This document shows positions 21,268 through 30,544 of a stretch of DNA of 64,000 nt, piece by piece. The stretch lies in the IMG/VR virus record IMGVR_UViG_3300031857_000018, positions 64,001-128,000 of that record; one strand, 5' to 3'. This stretch comes from a virus. Numbering within the stretch: position 1 is the first letter of the stretch; each line of letters starts with the position of its first letter. The notes beneath the pieces are model-generated. The model saw nothing but the letters and a program-made list of their open reading frames with translations, made no database searches and was not told the origin of the DNA. The position numbers and the translations under genes were made by a program.

Positions 21268-22272
21268 ATGAAAAACACATTAGCAGAAAATCTGCTTCGA
21301 TTTGGGGCAAAAAACTTAGATCAAACAACTATTGATAAACTAGCTAGTTTGTCAGAACAAGCCAAATCGCCTAGTGGTACAGTAACTATTCCATATAAGC
21401 AAACTTATAATTTAGCAGCTGGTAAATTTGATGCATCTAGCTATATCAACGAAATGCTTAAAGGCATAATGGGTGCTATTAATTCTAACCCAGAAGCTAA
21501 AAAAATGTTGGATAATAAATCAATCAAATTGATACGTGCTAGTTTTCAAGGTGGTGCAAGTAATTCATGGGGTGGAAAAGCTACTGGGTTTGACTTCGAA
21601 TTAAATAATACAAAAGCAACGCCAACAGAAACTGTATTATATCAAAAAAATAAAGATCTAGCAGCTCAACGCGCTGAAGCATGTAAAACTGCATTGCTAC
21701 CATTATTAGAAAAATCCGGAATAAAATTAGGAGCATCTCTACCAAATAACACGGTTATTTCTAGCGCAGTGTATAACACCGGTGGTAAACTAGATTTAGC
21801 TGGGCAAGTTATAACGGTTAGATTAACTTTTAGTTATTTATCAGTGACTGATATAATCACAATAACTGATATTAAACCTACATTTATTGCCCATGGGTCA
21901 TACTATACAAAAGATGGGAAATCATCAACAGGTAGAATAATTGACCCGACAAGTTTAAAAACTAGTACTAGTGCATTACCACCACAGTTAAAAGCAATGC
22001 CAAATCGGTTAGCAGCATTTGAAGTAAAATGGAATCCTGGAGTTTTAAAGGATCCACTAAAAATTCCATGGTATCGTTGGTTATTTGTATATGACGAACA
22101 AGGAAAGATTAAACAAATTATAGGCAAAGTTTATGATACAACATTAAATGCAAATTTACGTAGTATATTTAAAGATAATGATAATATCCCAACAAATGAT
22201 CCAACTTTAAAATATATGATGGATTTGGTATCTGCAAATTATTATAATACATACTTCAAACCATTTGTTTAA
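21268..22272 (+). CDS. Putative virion protein, LAEN..RFG.KNL leader, OmpA-C-like motif
   Basis: Late motif ATATTTATA upstream; GGAS...NKDLAAQRA resembles the OmpA-like N..L...RA motif. Confidence 0.55.
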   Translation: MKNTLAENLLRFGAKNLDQTTIDKLASLSEQAKSPSGTVTIPYKQTYNLAAGKFDASSYINEMLKGIMGAINSNPEAKKMLDNKSIKLIRASFQGGASNSWGGKATGFDFELNNTKATPTETVLYQKNKDLAAQRAEACKTALLPLLEKSGIKLGASLPNNTVISSAVYNTGGKLDLAGQVITVRLTFSYLSVTDIITITDIKPTFIAHGSYYTKDGKSSTGRIIDPTSLKTSTSALPPQLKAMPNRLAAFEVKWNPGVLKDPLKIPWYRWLFVYDEQGKIKQIIGKVYDTTLNANLRSIFKDNDNIPTNDPTLKYMMDLVSANYYNTYFKPFV

Positions 22273-22290
22273 AAATAATAGTAACAAGTT

Positions 22291-22318
22291 AAAAGACCCC
22301 TTCCGGGGTCTTTTTTTA
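22291..22318. terminator. Bidirectional intrinsic terminator
   Basis: AAAAGACCCC-TTCC-GGGGTCTTTTTTTT between convergent genes. Confidence 0.85.
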
Positions 22319-22334
22319 TGTTTATATTTTATGA

Positions 22335-22922
22335 TTAATTTGAGATATATTCTAATAATACAAACCCAACAGCAAAATAAAATATGTCAGAGGTTGATTT
22401 TTTTACGCAACAACTAATCTGACCCGGATGCCCTGAAGCATGCTCGAATTTTGTTTCTATTATTTTTTTATGGCCTGGGGAATCTAACCAAGCTTGTACT
22501 ATAGATGTTGCTAAATCTTCGTATGTCGTAGAATATTCAGACGAAGCTATAGCAATAATTTCACCGGATTGTTTTATAAAGAGATTGAATGGCATTTCAT
22601 TGCCACATTCTCCGTTAGTAGATTTGTATAATTCATTATATAATTTTTCTGTCACTATATTATCATAATGATTAAATGTGGTATGAAATGATTTATCTTG
22701 TTTAGCATTAATACTTGCTGTTACAGAAGAATACGAATCTTTCAAAACTTTAGATGTATACAACTCTTTTAAGCCAATAGTAACGCGATAGTCATTAATT
22801 TCATCAATGATCATACGCTCTAATAACGAGTAATTAAATTTTGAATAATCAATTGGTGTTTCAGCTTGGCTGAATGCGAAACTACTAACAGCAACACTAA
22901 ATACTAGGAATAACTTTTTCAT
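22335..22922 (-). CDS. Secreted CAP/SCP-domain protein
   Basis: Signal peptide MKKLFLVFSV...AFS; INDYR...GL, GEII and AWLDSPGH motifs. Confidence 0.8.
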   Translation of the reverse strand: MKKLFLVFSVAVSSFAFSQAETPIDYSKFNYSLLERMIIDEINDYRVTIGLKELYTSKVLKDSYSSVTASINAKQDKSFHTTFNHYDNIVTEKLYNELYKSTNGECGNEMPFNLFIKQSGEIIAIASSEYSTTYEDLATSIVQAWLDSPGHKKIIETKFEHASGHPGQISCCVKKSTSDIFYFAVGFVLLEYISN

Positions 22923-23030
22923 GGGGCTCTCTTTTATATTATAAATATAAGAAGAAATATTCGGATATCCTAATTTCTTGATATTTTTTTCTGTATAATA
23001 TTTATATTAAAGAAACCTAACAGGAACATA

Positions 23031-23339
23031 ATGAAACATAGTTTACAAGAAAATATGCGTCGTTTTGGCACTAAAAATCTAAAAGAATCAGTCGATACTG
23101 CAGAATTAGATGCTAAATTAGAAGCAATTAATGATGATGATTTAGAAGGGTTTATCGAAGTAATGACTGCAATTGAAAATGCAGGTCCTATCGATGAATG
23201 GCTTAAAAAAGTTGCTAAAGCAATTCGTCGTAAATGGTACCGGATGACAAAACGATACAAATATAAATTGGATCAGCGTCGTTTATTAAATGCATCTCGT
23301 AGATTGTGGGATACAATGAAACATGATATAGGATTATAA
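23031..23339 (+). CDS. Putative virion protein, LQEN..RFG.KNL leader
   Basis: Upstream 39 nt nearly identical to that of 21268; shared N-terminal motif. Confidence 0.6.
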   Translation: MKHSLQENMRRFGTKNLKESVDTAELDAKLEAINDDDLEGFIEVMTAIENAGPIDEWLKKVAKAIRRKWYRMTKRYKYKLDQRRLLNASRRLWDTMKHDIGL

Positions 23340-23352
23340 ATTTAGGAAGATA

Positions 23353-24873
23353 ATGAAATTAGAAAAATTATTAGCAGAAAATATGCTTAGGTTTGGTGTT
23401 AAAAATTTAAATAATACCGATGTGCATCAAATCTTAACCATAATGGAACAAGCTGCAGCTGCAGGTACTGAAAGCTCCGCGGTTACATCGATGCCAGCAT
23501 ATAAACCAGTACTAGACTGGTGGAATAAAAAATCAAAAAATAATAGTTCAGCAAAAAAATATCTAGAATATTGGTCTGGCGGTGTTGCTAAAGAATCTAA
23601 AGGTATTAATGTTAATGCAACTAATACATTATTAAAACATTTACAAACTTTAAGTAAAAATAATGTTTATAACTTAGATCAAAATAAATTACAAGAGTTT
23701 ACCGACTATTTACAGACAAGTATTTCTGCTAATATTTATTTTGAACCTAGAAGTTTTGATCAGCGACCAGAAACTCGTGCTATACGCATATTAGCTATGT
23801 TAAAACCAGAATCAGATCCTACTAAAACATCATTAGCTACTAATGAAAAATCTGCTATTAGTGCATTCAATAAGGCAGATTTAAATAAAATTAAAGCATC
23901 TCTAGAGAAAACACAATTTGTTTATACTACAATTACCGAACAAGATAAAATTGCATTACTAAAATATTTTGAAGAAAAAGCTACACAAAAAGCCACAGTT
24001 CATAATAAAGCTAATGCTGATAACCCGTTAGGAAAATTAGTACAATGGAATATGGAAAAGGCTATTAAAGAAGCTTCAAGCATACGAATTGGACCTGGCA
24101 AAGGATCTATCGAACGAGAAGAAGCAGCCGATCCGACGCCACCAGAAATATATACATATACATTTTCATATCCAGATATAACCGCTACTAATCCTAAATT
24201 ACAAAATTTTTTCTTAGGAGATGATAATGTTGCAGTGTCTGCTGAGAATGAAACTGCATTTAAAGAAACATTAGAAACTTTACTAAATTCAATACCTGCA
24301 GATCAAAAAATAATTGAGGTATATATAAAAGCTGGATCGTCAACAAGTAAAGTTCCAACATCATATAAATCTGCTGGAAAATATACAACTGCTGCAAATG
24401 TAACATTAGTTGATGATCGCTTGACAGCAATACAAACATCTTTGTCAAACGTTGTTGATACAACAATACCAAAAGGAGAGTGGAAATTAATTGTCGACAC
24501 ACCAGAACGTAAACCGAATAACGGCCCTGAATGGACTGACGCTGATCGAGCTGCATATCCATTAGCTAAACGACGTAAAACACTAGAAAATGGAACTGCT
24601 AATCCACAATATGATCAAAAAATAGTTGATGCATATGAAGCAAAATATGGTAATTACAAAGGAAGTTACGGTCAAATATCTATTAAAACAACATCGACTA
24701 TAACTATACCAACTACTACCGCGCCGGCTATTAAAGTATCTGGAGAATGGTATGGATCTATATCATGGCCTTCCCCAGGAAGAGGTAATGGTAAACCAAA
24801 AACTATACCTGGAAAAAATAAAGGTGAAAAAACATGGACCGGTCAGGGAACGTTAGATTGTCCAATTTGGTAA
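23353..24873 (+). CDS. Putative virion protein, LLAEN..RFG.KNL leader, OmpA-C-like motif
   Basis: Shared N-terminus; IKAGSSTSKVPT...NVTLVDDR parallels the motif in 21268. Confidence 0.55.
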   Translation: MKLEKLLAENMLRFGVKNLNNTDVHQILTIMEQAAAAGTESSAVTSMPAYKPVLDWWNKKSKNNSSAKKYLEYWSGGVAKESKGINVNATNTLLKHLQTLSKNNVYNLDQNKLQEFTDYLQTSISANIYFEPRSFDQRPETRAIRILAMLKPESDPTKTSLATNEKSAISAFNKADLNKIKASLEKTQFVYTTITEQDKIALLKYFEEKATQKATVHNKANADNPLGKLVQWNMEKAIKEASSIRIGPGKGSIEREEAADPTPPEIYTYTFSYPDITATNPKLQNFFLGDDNVAVSAENETAFKETLETLLNSIPADQKIIEVYIKAGSSTSKVPTSYKSAGKYTTAANVTLVDDRLTAIQTSLSNVVDTTIPKGEWKLIVDTPERKPNNGPEWTDADRAAYPLAKRRKTLENGTANPQYDQKIVDAYEAKYGNYKGSYGQISIKTTSTITIPTTTAPAIKVSGEWYGSISWPSPGRGNGKPKTIPGKNKGEKTWTGQGTLDCPIW

Positions 24874-24889
24874 ATTTAATATATTAAAA

Positions 24890-24918
24890 TAAAAAGGGGC
24901 TCATAGCCCCTTTTTTTA
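24890..24918. terminator. Bidirectional intrinsic terminator
   Basis: AAAAAGGGGC-TCATA-GCCCCTTTTTTT between convergent genes. Confidence 0.85.
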
Positions 24919-24921
24919 TGT

Positions 24922-25470
24922 TTAATTACAAACGGTTAAACATGCATATAAATATTCTGAATTATTATTTCTAGAAATAGAAACCGCAATCTTTGTAATA
25001 TCATTGCGAAGAAGAATATTATTATGTGGTTTACTATTTTTCCATAATTCAAATATTGACTGATCGTGTGGAATATTTTTTATAAAATTTGAATATAAAG
25101 ATGAATTAGTAGAACATTCTGCTATAACTTTTACAGAACGATTCATGAAAAATTCAATACGCTGTGTAATACCACTCATTCCTAGAGTTTCATTATAATG
25201 TGTTACTTCATTAATATTAGACATATAAACAGATTGATAATCCGCAGCGAGATATAAAGCAGAATCAAAAACTAGAGCTGATAGTCCGTTTTGAATTCGA
25301 TATTCATTTATTCTCGCAATAACGCTAGATTCATACGCCTTACAATCAAATATAGATGTAGATTTTGTTTTTGCATCTACATGTTGTTGATATGTAATTT
25401 GCGTAACATTATTTTGCGAAAATAATACATTAAATGTAAATACACTAAATACTAGGAATAACTTTTTCAT
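24922..25470 (-). CDS. Secreted CAP/SCP-domain protein (paralog of 22335)
   Basis: MKKLFLVFSV signal peptide; INEYR..NGL, THY, AEC and WKNSKPHN.ILL motifs. Confidence 0.82.
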   Translation of the reverse strand: MKKLFLVFSVFTFNVLFSQNNVTQITYQQHVDAKTKSTSIFDCKAYESSVIARINEYRIQNGLSALVFDSALYLAADYQSVYMSNINEVTHYNETLGMSGITQRIEFFMNRSVKVIAECSTNSSLYSNFIKNIPHDQSIFELWKNSKPHNNILLRNDITKIAVSISRNNNSEYLYACLTVCN

Positions 25471-25517
25471 AAGGCTCTCTTTTATATTATAAATATAAGA
25501 AGAAAACTCCGTAAGTC

Positions 25518-26081
25518 CTAATCTTTTTTAACAAATCCGCTCAAAAAGTTTCTTTGTTTTTCAATGGCATTGTCTAACTCTGTGTTAGTATTTTTTCGTT
25601 TTCTTGTATTACTTGCACCATTTCCTGTAGAGCTAGGTGCAACATCATCTGGTTTGCTAGATCTTGTTTTTCTCGTTGATTTAGTTTTTCCACTATTCTC
25701 GGAAGCATCTCGTCGGCTGCTTTTATCACCATCTCCGCTTTTAGTTTCTGGCCTTGCGGGCTGTGTATAAACTCTTGTATACGTTGTTGGTATAATTCGT
25801 TTGATGCACTCGTCGTTTCCGATGGATCTAGTATCATCATAGAAGATGTATCCTGTGTTATACTGTGTCTTTTGCCCCTGAATCTGGATGCCACACGGGT
25901 ACTTAACTCCTGAAGCCGATTCCACAGTATACTGAATACCCCACGATGTTTGTTTTGTTTTTTTAACATAGCCATATTGTTTGTTTCCAAGCCATACAAA
26001 ATAAACAGCATCTCCTAGTTTAAATTGTGGCTTGTTGAATTTATTCTGAATTGCTTCAGAAACTTGTTGTTTTTTTGCCAT
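25518..26081 (-). CDS. Hypothetical protein (SH3-like N-terminus, disordered basic C-terminus)
   Basis: 187-aa ORF; FKLGD.V.F.W pattern. Confidence 0.5.
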   Translation of the reverse strand: MAKKQQVSEAIQNKFNKPQFKLGDAVYFVWLGNKQYGYVKKTKQTSWGIQYTVESASGVKYPCGIQIQGQKTQYNTGYIFYDDTRSIGNDECIKRIIPTTYTRVYTQPARPETKSGDGDKSSRRDASENSGKTKSTRKTRSSKPDDVAPSSTGNGASNTRKRKNTNTELDNAIEKQRNFLSGFVKKD

Positions 26082-26087
26082 ACCGGA

Positions 26088-26531
26088 TTAATTAATACAT
26101 ATACCAGATACTTGGTTTATTATGCGATATACTCGAAGGTACCTAGTAACTTTGTCTTTACGGAACATTTTTTCGGTTTCTTTATCTCGCTGAAGAATAT
26201 ACCCCGATTCCATGAACTTTGAGGATACGAATCGAAGTGCCTTAAGACTATTAGATTCAATCATGATGTTTTCATCATCGATCATTACATCCACACGATC
26301 AACATCAGCACCAAATTCTTCGGTTTGTGGTAGGAACTGTTCTTGTTGCTGACTAACCAATGTTTCTTTAACGGCTTCGAAGAACTTGGATAAATCGATA
26401 GAAGCCGTTCCTTTTAAGTGTTCTGCTTCATATATATCAAACAAATACTGTAACTTTTCGGATTCTTTTAACGTTAAGAAATATTGCCATTCGGCGTAAT
26501 TTACTGCAATATATGAGAATATTGTTTTCAT
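26088..26531 (-). CDS. Hypothetical protein
   Basis: 147-aa ORF in operon. Confidence 0.55.
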   Translation of the reverse strand: MKTIFSYIAVNYAEWQYFLTLKESEKLQYLFDIYEAEHLKGTASIDLSKFFEAVKETLVSQQQEQFLPQTEEFGADVDRVDVMIDDENIMIESNSLKALRFVSSKFMESGYILQRDKETEKMFRKDKVTRYLRVYRIINQVSGICIN

Positions 26532-26692
26532 GATTTTACCCTTTCAACATTAAACAATTCCGTAATTTGATGAGCCTGCAGATTTTTAAGTACTGCAATC
26601 ATCTTAATAGCCTCATCCAGAGAAGTAGCTGATACGTTACCAACTACTTCCCTTAAGGAATCTGCTTTATAAGAAAATTTATACTTATGCAT
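26528..26692 (-). CDS. Hypothetical protein (54 aa, not in ORF track)
   Basis: Manual translation MHKYKFSYKADSLREVVG...; ATGA overlap with the next gene. Confidence 0.55.
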   Translation of the reverse strand: MHKYKFSYKADSLREVVGNVSATSLDEAIKMIAVLKNLQAHQITELFNVERVKS

Positions 26693-26701
26693 CTTTGTTT
26701 A

Positions 26702-27091
26702 TTATAAATATAAACCAAGTTCATATGCTCGGAGCGCAGCTGAGCTAGCATCCACTAAAGTTTCAGAAAGTTTTCGGAGTTCATGACGGCGCAATGTGAA
26801 TGTTTGTGATTTTACTCGAACATCAAACATATCAGTCTTTGTACCACCAACATAGGCTTCATTCATTAATATATTCATTGACTTTGAATAATTAATTAAA
26901 TCTTTGTATGTCATTTTAATACGTTGATTGTAAATGCAAAGTTCTCCAATCAGCGTGTTCATTGGATCCGTTTTAAATACTTCTTCGGAAATCTTTTCGG
27001 CAACTTCAAAATCTAAATTTGCCCATACTTCACCATAACGTTCGCGATATTTATCTGAAATACCACATGGGTTGTTAATACTGTGTGTCAT
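26702..27091 (-). CDS. Hypothetical protein
   Basis: 129-aa ORF in operon. Confidence 0.55.
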   Translation of the reverse strand: MTHSINNPCGISDKYRERYGEVWANLDFEVAEKISEEVFKTDPMNTLIGELCIYNQRIKMTYKDLINYSKSMNILMNEAYVGGTKTDMFDVRVKSQTFTLRRHELRKLSETLVDASSAALRAYELGLYL

Positions 27092-27093
27092 TG

Positions 27094-27762
27094 TTATTGA
27101 ATTTTATAAATTGTTACTGTGTATACGTCATTGGAATAATTATGCCGAACATTGACATAACGATACTTTTCTATCAGCATATCCATAACCAGGCCTGGGT
27201 GCACATAGAAGAACCCTTCGTGGATGGTATTGTTAATTGGTGATAATAAGTTAAATGAAACTGCTTGATTTGCTAATGAGTACATTTTATCAATATCAAC
27301 AAACATCTTTAAAAGATCCGCATCTTCAGTTTCACATTTGCGCTGAGTAAAAAATCCTCCTGCAACAACCCAATCATGGTTATTTAATTGAGCTGTTTCA
27401 AATGCACCTGTTTGTGTTTCTAAACCGTATTTTTGATTTGCTAAATCAGACATTATTGGATTATGGTCAATTCCGGTGTAGCCATATACCTGATCAGGAT
27501 ACAATTCACGGATAAAACCATATAAATCTCCACGACCGCAACCTATATCTAATATTGTATGACTGCTAGCATCTAATCCAACAATTAAATTCTGAAACAT
27601 GAATTGTTGTTCCGATGTAGTATTATAACCAACTACTTGTGGGCTATTTAACATATAATCTGGATCGGTGCCTGGTTTTAATGAATCTCGGCGTGTATGT
27701 TCCGGATCGTTGCCATAAATTAGGCTTTGAATCTTTGTTTGTAGCTGTTTAAACGTACTCAT
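27094..27762 (-). CDS. Class I SAM-dependent methyltransferase
   Basis: ILDIGCGRG, YTGID and DWVVAGG motifs. Confidence 0.85.
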   Translation of the reverse strand: MSTFKQLQTKIQSLIYGNDPEHTRRDSLKPGTDPDYMLNSPQVVGYNTTSEQQFMFQNLIVGLDASSHTILDIGCGRGDLYGFIRELYPDQVYGYTGIDHNPIMSDLANQKYGLETQTGAFETAQLNNHDWVVAGGFFTQRKCETEDADLLKMFVDIDKMYSLANQAVSFNLLSPINNTIHEGFFYVHPGLVMDMLIEKYRYVNVRHNYSNDVYTVTIYKIQ

Positions 27763-27826
27763 TTGATAGTTGAAATAAAGATATTATACATGATATTTAA
27801 CCGCATTACATGTTCGTATATAGCAC

Positions 27827-28102
27827 TTATGCTCGTACAATTGGTAATTGATTAGCTTCGAATAGCTCAGCATAGTTCATTGTGGGCACAACGGTACCGG
27901 TATCACAAAGCTTTTCGGTTAATTCTTTATTGATGTATGTTTGTTTGCTACGCGTTACATTAACCATTGTCATTGCTGAACGATTTTCAAACAAAATATC
28001 ATACATTGTTACTTTGTTAACTACGAATCGATCCAGAATAATAGCTACGCGATTTACGCCTTCCTGTGTTACAATTACAGGTTGTCCTACTTTATATGAC
28101 AT
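27827..28102 (-). CDS. Hypothetical protein
   Basis: 91-aa ORF coupled to the upstream gene. Confidence 0.55.
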   Translation of the reverse strand: MSYKVGQPVIVTQEGVNRVAIILDRFVVNKVTMYDILFENRSAMTMVNVTRSKQTYINKELTEKLCDTGTVVPTMNYAELFEANQLPIVRA

Positions 28103-28311
28103 TAGTCTAGGATTTTGATGATTTTACTTGCATTTACCGCTTTAACTTCAAAGTCAAAATTATAACCCTGAAAATCTTTTACTACTTTAGCTTCTGCTTC
28201 AGTAACGGATAATGCTTCTACAAGATAAGTTTCAGTAACTTTCTTTTCTTTTGTACCTTTTGGAGTATCGAACTCCTGTGTAAGTTGCACTTTTGCTGTG
28301 TAATAACTCAT
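28102..28311 (-). CDS. DUF4494-like protein
   Basis: KKVTETYLVEALSVTEAEAK pattern characteristic of this Bacteroidota family. Confidence 0.7.
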   Translation of the reverse strand: MSYYTAKVQLTQEFDTPKGTKEKKVTETYLVEALSVTEAEAKVVKDFQGYNFDFEVKAVNASKIIKILD

Positions 28312-28372
28312 TTGTTTTAATTTTAATAAATGTATAACTTTATAATATAATATGAAAAAATATTCATAAAAC

Positions 28373-29164
28373 CTAAAGTTTTTCCATATACTTTTGTAAA
28401 CGTTTTTGTGACTTATGGTATTGAATAGATTGCTGAATTTGCTTTGGAGTTAAATTCATGTTTAATTGTAATACATCTAATATATCTGCAATTAAACGTT
28501 CTTTAGCATAAGTCGTTTTTGCTCGTTTATTTATTATTTTGATAACATTTTCTAGATGTTTAACAAATTCACGTGGTAGATTTTTTATAACACGTGTTTT
28601 GTCTGCCGGTAGTGTTACGTCGGTTTTTGGTTTTTTAGACTCTAGCATCAATTGTTTAGTAATTTTTGCAGATTCACGTAAAATATCACCATATTTAACA
28701 ACCCAAGCAACTTCTGGTGCAGGCGGAGGTGTTGATTCAGCTGCCCCAGCACCGCCACCGGCTGACCCTTTTTCAATTTTTTCTTTATCAGCATCGCCTA
28801 ATCCAGCAACATCCTCTAAGCCCAATTGCAATTCGATGGTATAATCATCATTTTTTCCAAACCCAGTGTATGGTACTAATTTGATGATTTTACTTTTTAA
28901 CAGGCTTAATAGGATTCCAGGCGTGATATTTAAATCTTTACCAGCTCGACCGATGAATTCGCGAATTCCAATGTCTGAAATTGAATAAATAATACCTAAA
29001 TGCGTTGTACCATATGCATCAAATTTTCCTAAAAACTTTTCTTCTGCTGGAGTAAATGGTGAATCCTTAGCATCTGACGGTGCATTGTCAGTTTCTTGCT
29101 CAGGTGCCTCCACGATCATGGATTTTAGTGTAGATTCGACTATATAGTTAAAGCGCTTTGTCAT
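28373..29164 (-). CDS. Hypothetical (possibly head-associated) protein
   Basis: 263 aa with multiple I/L/V-x-E sites; in a late operon. Confidence 0.5.
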   Translation of the reverse strand: MTKRFNYIVESTLKSMIVEAPEQETDNAPSDAKDSPFTPAEEKFLGKFDAYGTTHLGIIYSISDIGIREFIGRAGKDLNITPGILLSLLKSKIIKLVPYTGFGKNDDYTIELQLGLEDVAGLGDADKEKIEKGSAGGGAGAAESTPPPAPEVAWVVKYGDILRESAKITKQLMLESKKPKTDVTLPADKTRVIKNLPREFVKHLENVIKIINKRAKTTYAKERLIADILDVLQLNMNLTPKQIQQSIQYHKSQKRLQKYMEKL

Positions 29165-29166
29165 TA

Positions 29167-29352
29167 TTAAAGTTCTTTTGTTTCTGCTAATTGTGTAGAA
29201 CGATACTTCGTTGCTAATTTTTTCAATTCGTTGATCGATTTTCTTGCAATCGATGCAGCTTTTTTAATTTTTTTTGCTTGGAAACGGTCATGATTTTCTT
29301 TGAATGTTAACCAATGTGCTTCCATTTCGTCGTAGATTTCTTGTGATGTCAT
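29167..29352 (-). CDS. Hc1/histone-H1-like small basic DNA-binding protein
   Basis: KKAASIARKSINELKKL...YR resembles the Bacteroidota histone-H1-like family. Confidence 0.6.
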   Translation of the reverse strand: MTSQEIYDEMEAHWLTFKENHDRFQAKKIKKAASIARKSINELKKLATKYRSTQLAETKEL

Positions 29353-29381
29353 ATTAACCTTTTTATTTATATATAAATATG

Positions 29382-29576
29382 TTATTGCACAAAACGGTCC
29401 ATAAAAATATGGATGTTTTCGCCATGTAACTGCAATGTAGTGTATTCTGTAAGTTCAATATAAATGATTTTGTTGTTTTCATATACACGAATAATATGTG
29501 CAGTATTTATAAACTGTAATTCATCATTTCCAGATGTAGTACGAACTTTTACAGGTATAAATACAGCCGGCTTCAT
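29382..29576 (-). CDS. Hypothetical protein
   Basis: 64-aa ORF; FINTAHI..V pattern. Confidence 0.5.
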   Translation of the reverse strand: MKPAVFIPVKVRTTSGNDELQFINTAHIIRVYENNKIIYIELTEYTTLQLHGENIHIFMDRFVQ

Positions 29577-30139
29577 TAATCACCGGTATATTTAGCGCCC
29601 ATATACCCAGTCGATGGACGACCACCTGGCATATCATATGGATTATTCTTACTTGTGCCTGATGCAGGACGAACCGGTTGTGGAGATTTTGCAGCTCGCA
29701 ATTTATGAATCGCTAATAACAGCTTTGTAGATTGATCAACAGTTAAAGAAAGTAGATCTTTACGACCAACTGACTTAATAAATGCATCAACTAATTTAGT
29801 TACGTCTGGATCACTTTTCTTGAAAGAATCGATAGCCCGTAAATTAGATGTTCCAAAATTTATAGAATATTTAGCCAATTGATAATCAGACAAATTTATT
29901 CCATTTGTTATATCGTCAGGAATTTGATCCCATGACTGATCTGCATATTGATCTGCTAAATCTGGTCCATCATCATCTCTAGTTGCTAAGATTGCGTTAT
30001 AACGCTCATCTTCAGACATAGCATCCCAAATTTCCGTTTCAGAATACTTATATCCTTCTGCTAGTATTTTTTTTACTCGTTGTACTTCCTCGCGAAGGAT
30101 TTGTACGTGGCTTGGATTTTTAAAGTCAAATATTTTCAT
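29576..30139 (-). CDS. Hypothetical putative head protein
   Basis: ILREE...KKILAEG N-terminal region; late operon. Confidence 0.5.
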   Translation of the reverse strand: MKIFDFKNPSHVQILREEVQRVKKILAEGYKYSETEIWDAMSEDERYNAILATRDDDGPDLADQYADQSWDQIPDDITNGINLSDYQLAKYSINFGTSNLRAIDSFKKSDPDVTKLVDAFIKSVGRKDLLSLTVDQSTKLLLAIHKLRAAKSPQPVRPASGTSKNNPYDMPGGRPSTGYMGAKYTGD

Positions 30140-30141
30140 GA

Positions 30142-30516
30142 TTACTTAAGGTTTTCTAGTTTGTAGATTGTGGAATAGATTAGATCTTTGACGTTGTCTA
30201 ATTGATTTAGTATGAATGTATCTTTTGCATCAAGCTTGTCATACGAACGTTCTATATACATAGCCAATGCTTTAAAATATTTTAATACAGTATCTGAATC
30301 ATATGAATCAAATTTATCTGCAGGAACATATCCGCTAAGTATTCCATGTTTACCTTGATATGATTCTACCAAAGTGTCAACAAGATCTGGAATGGCATCA
30401 TAATATGCATTCAGTGCCAAATGCGCGGCAAATGACCCTTCACCAGTTGTTTGCCAATGAAATATATGAGCTTGATCTCTCGAAGCCATTAGCGTGGATA
30501 TTAATTTTTCAAACAT
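30142..30516 (-). CDS. Ferritin/Dps-like four-helix protein
   Basis: HIFHWQT...SFAAH.AL..YYD...DLVD.LVESYQG. Confidence 0.75.
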   Translation of the reverse strand: MFEKLISTLMASRDQAHIFHWQTTGEGSFAAHLALNAYYDAIPDLVDTLVESYQGKHGILSGYVPADKFDSYDSDTVLKYFKALAMYIERSYDKLDAKDTFILNQLDNVKDLIYSTIYKLENLK

Positions 30517-30544
30517 TTGTTCCTTTTTTTATATAAATATATTA

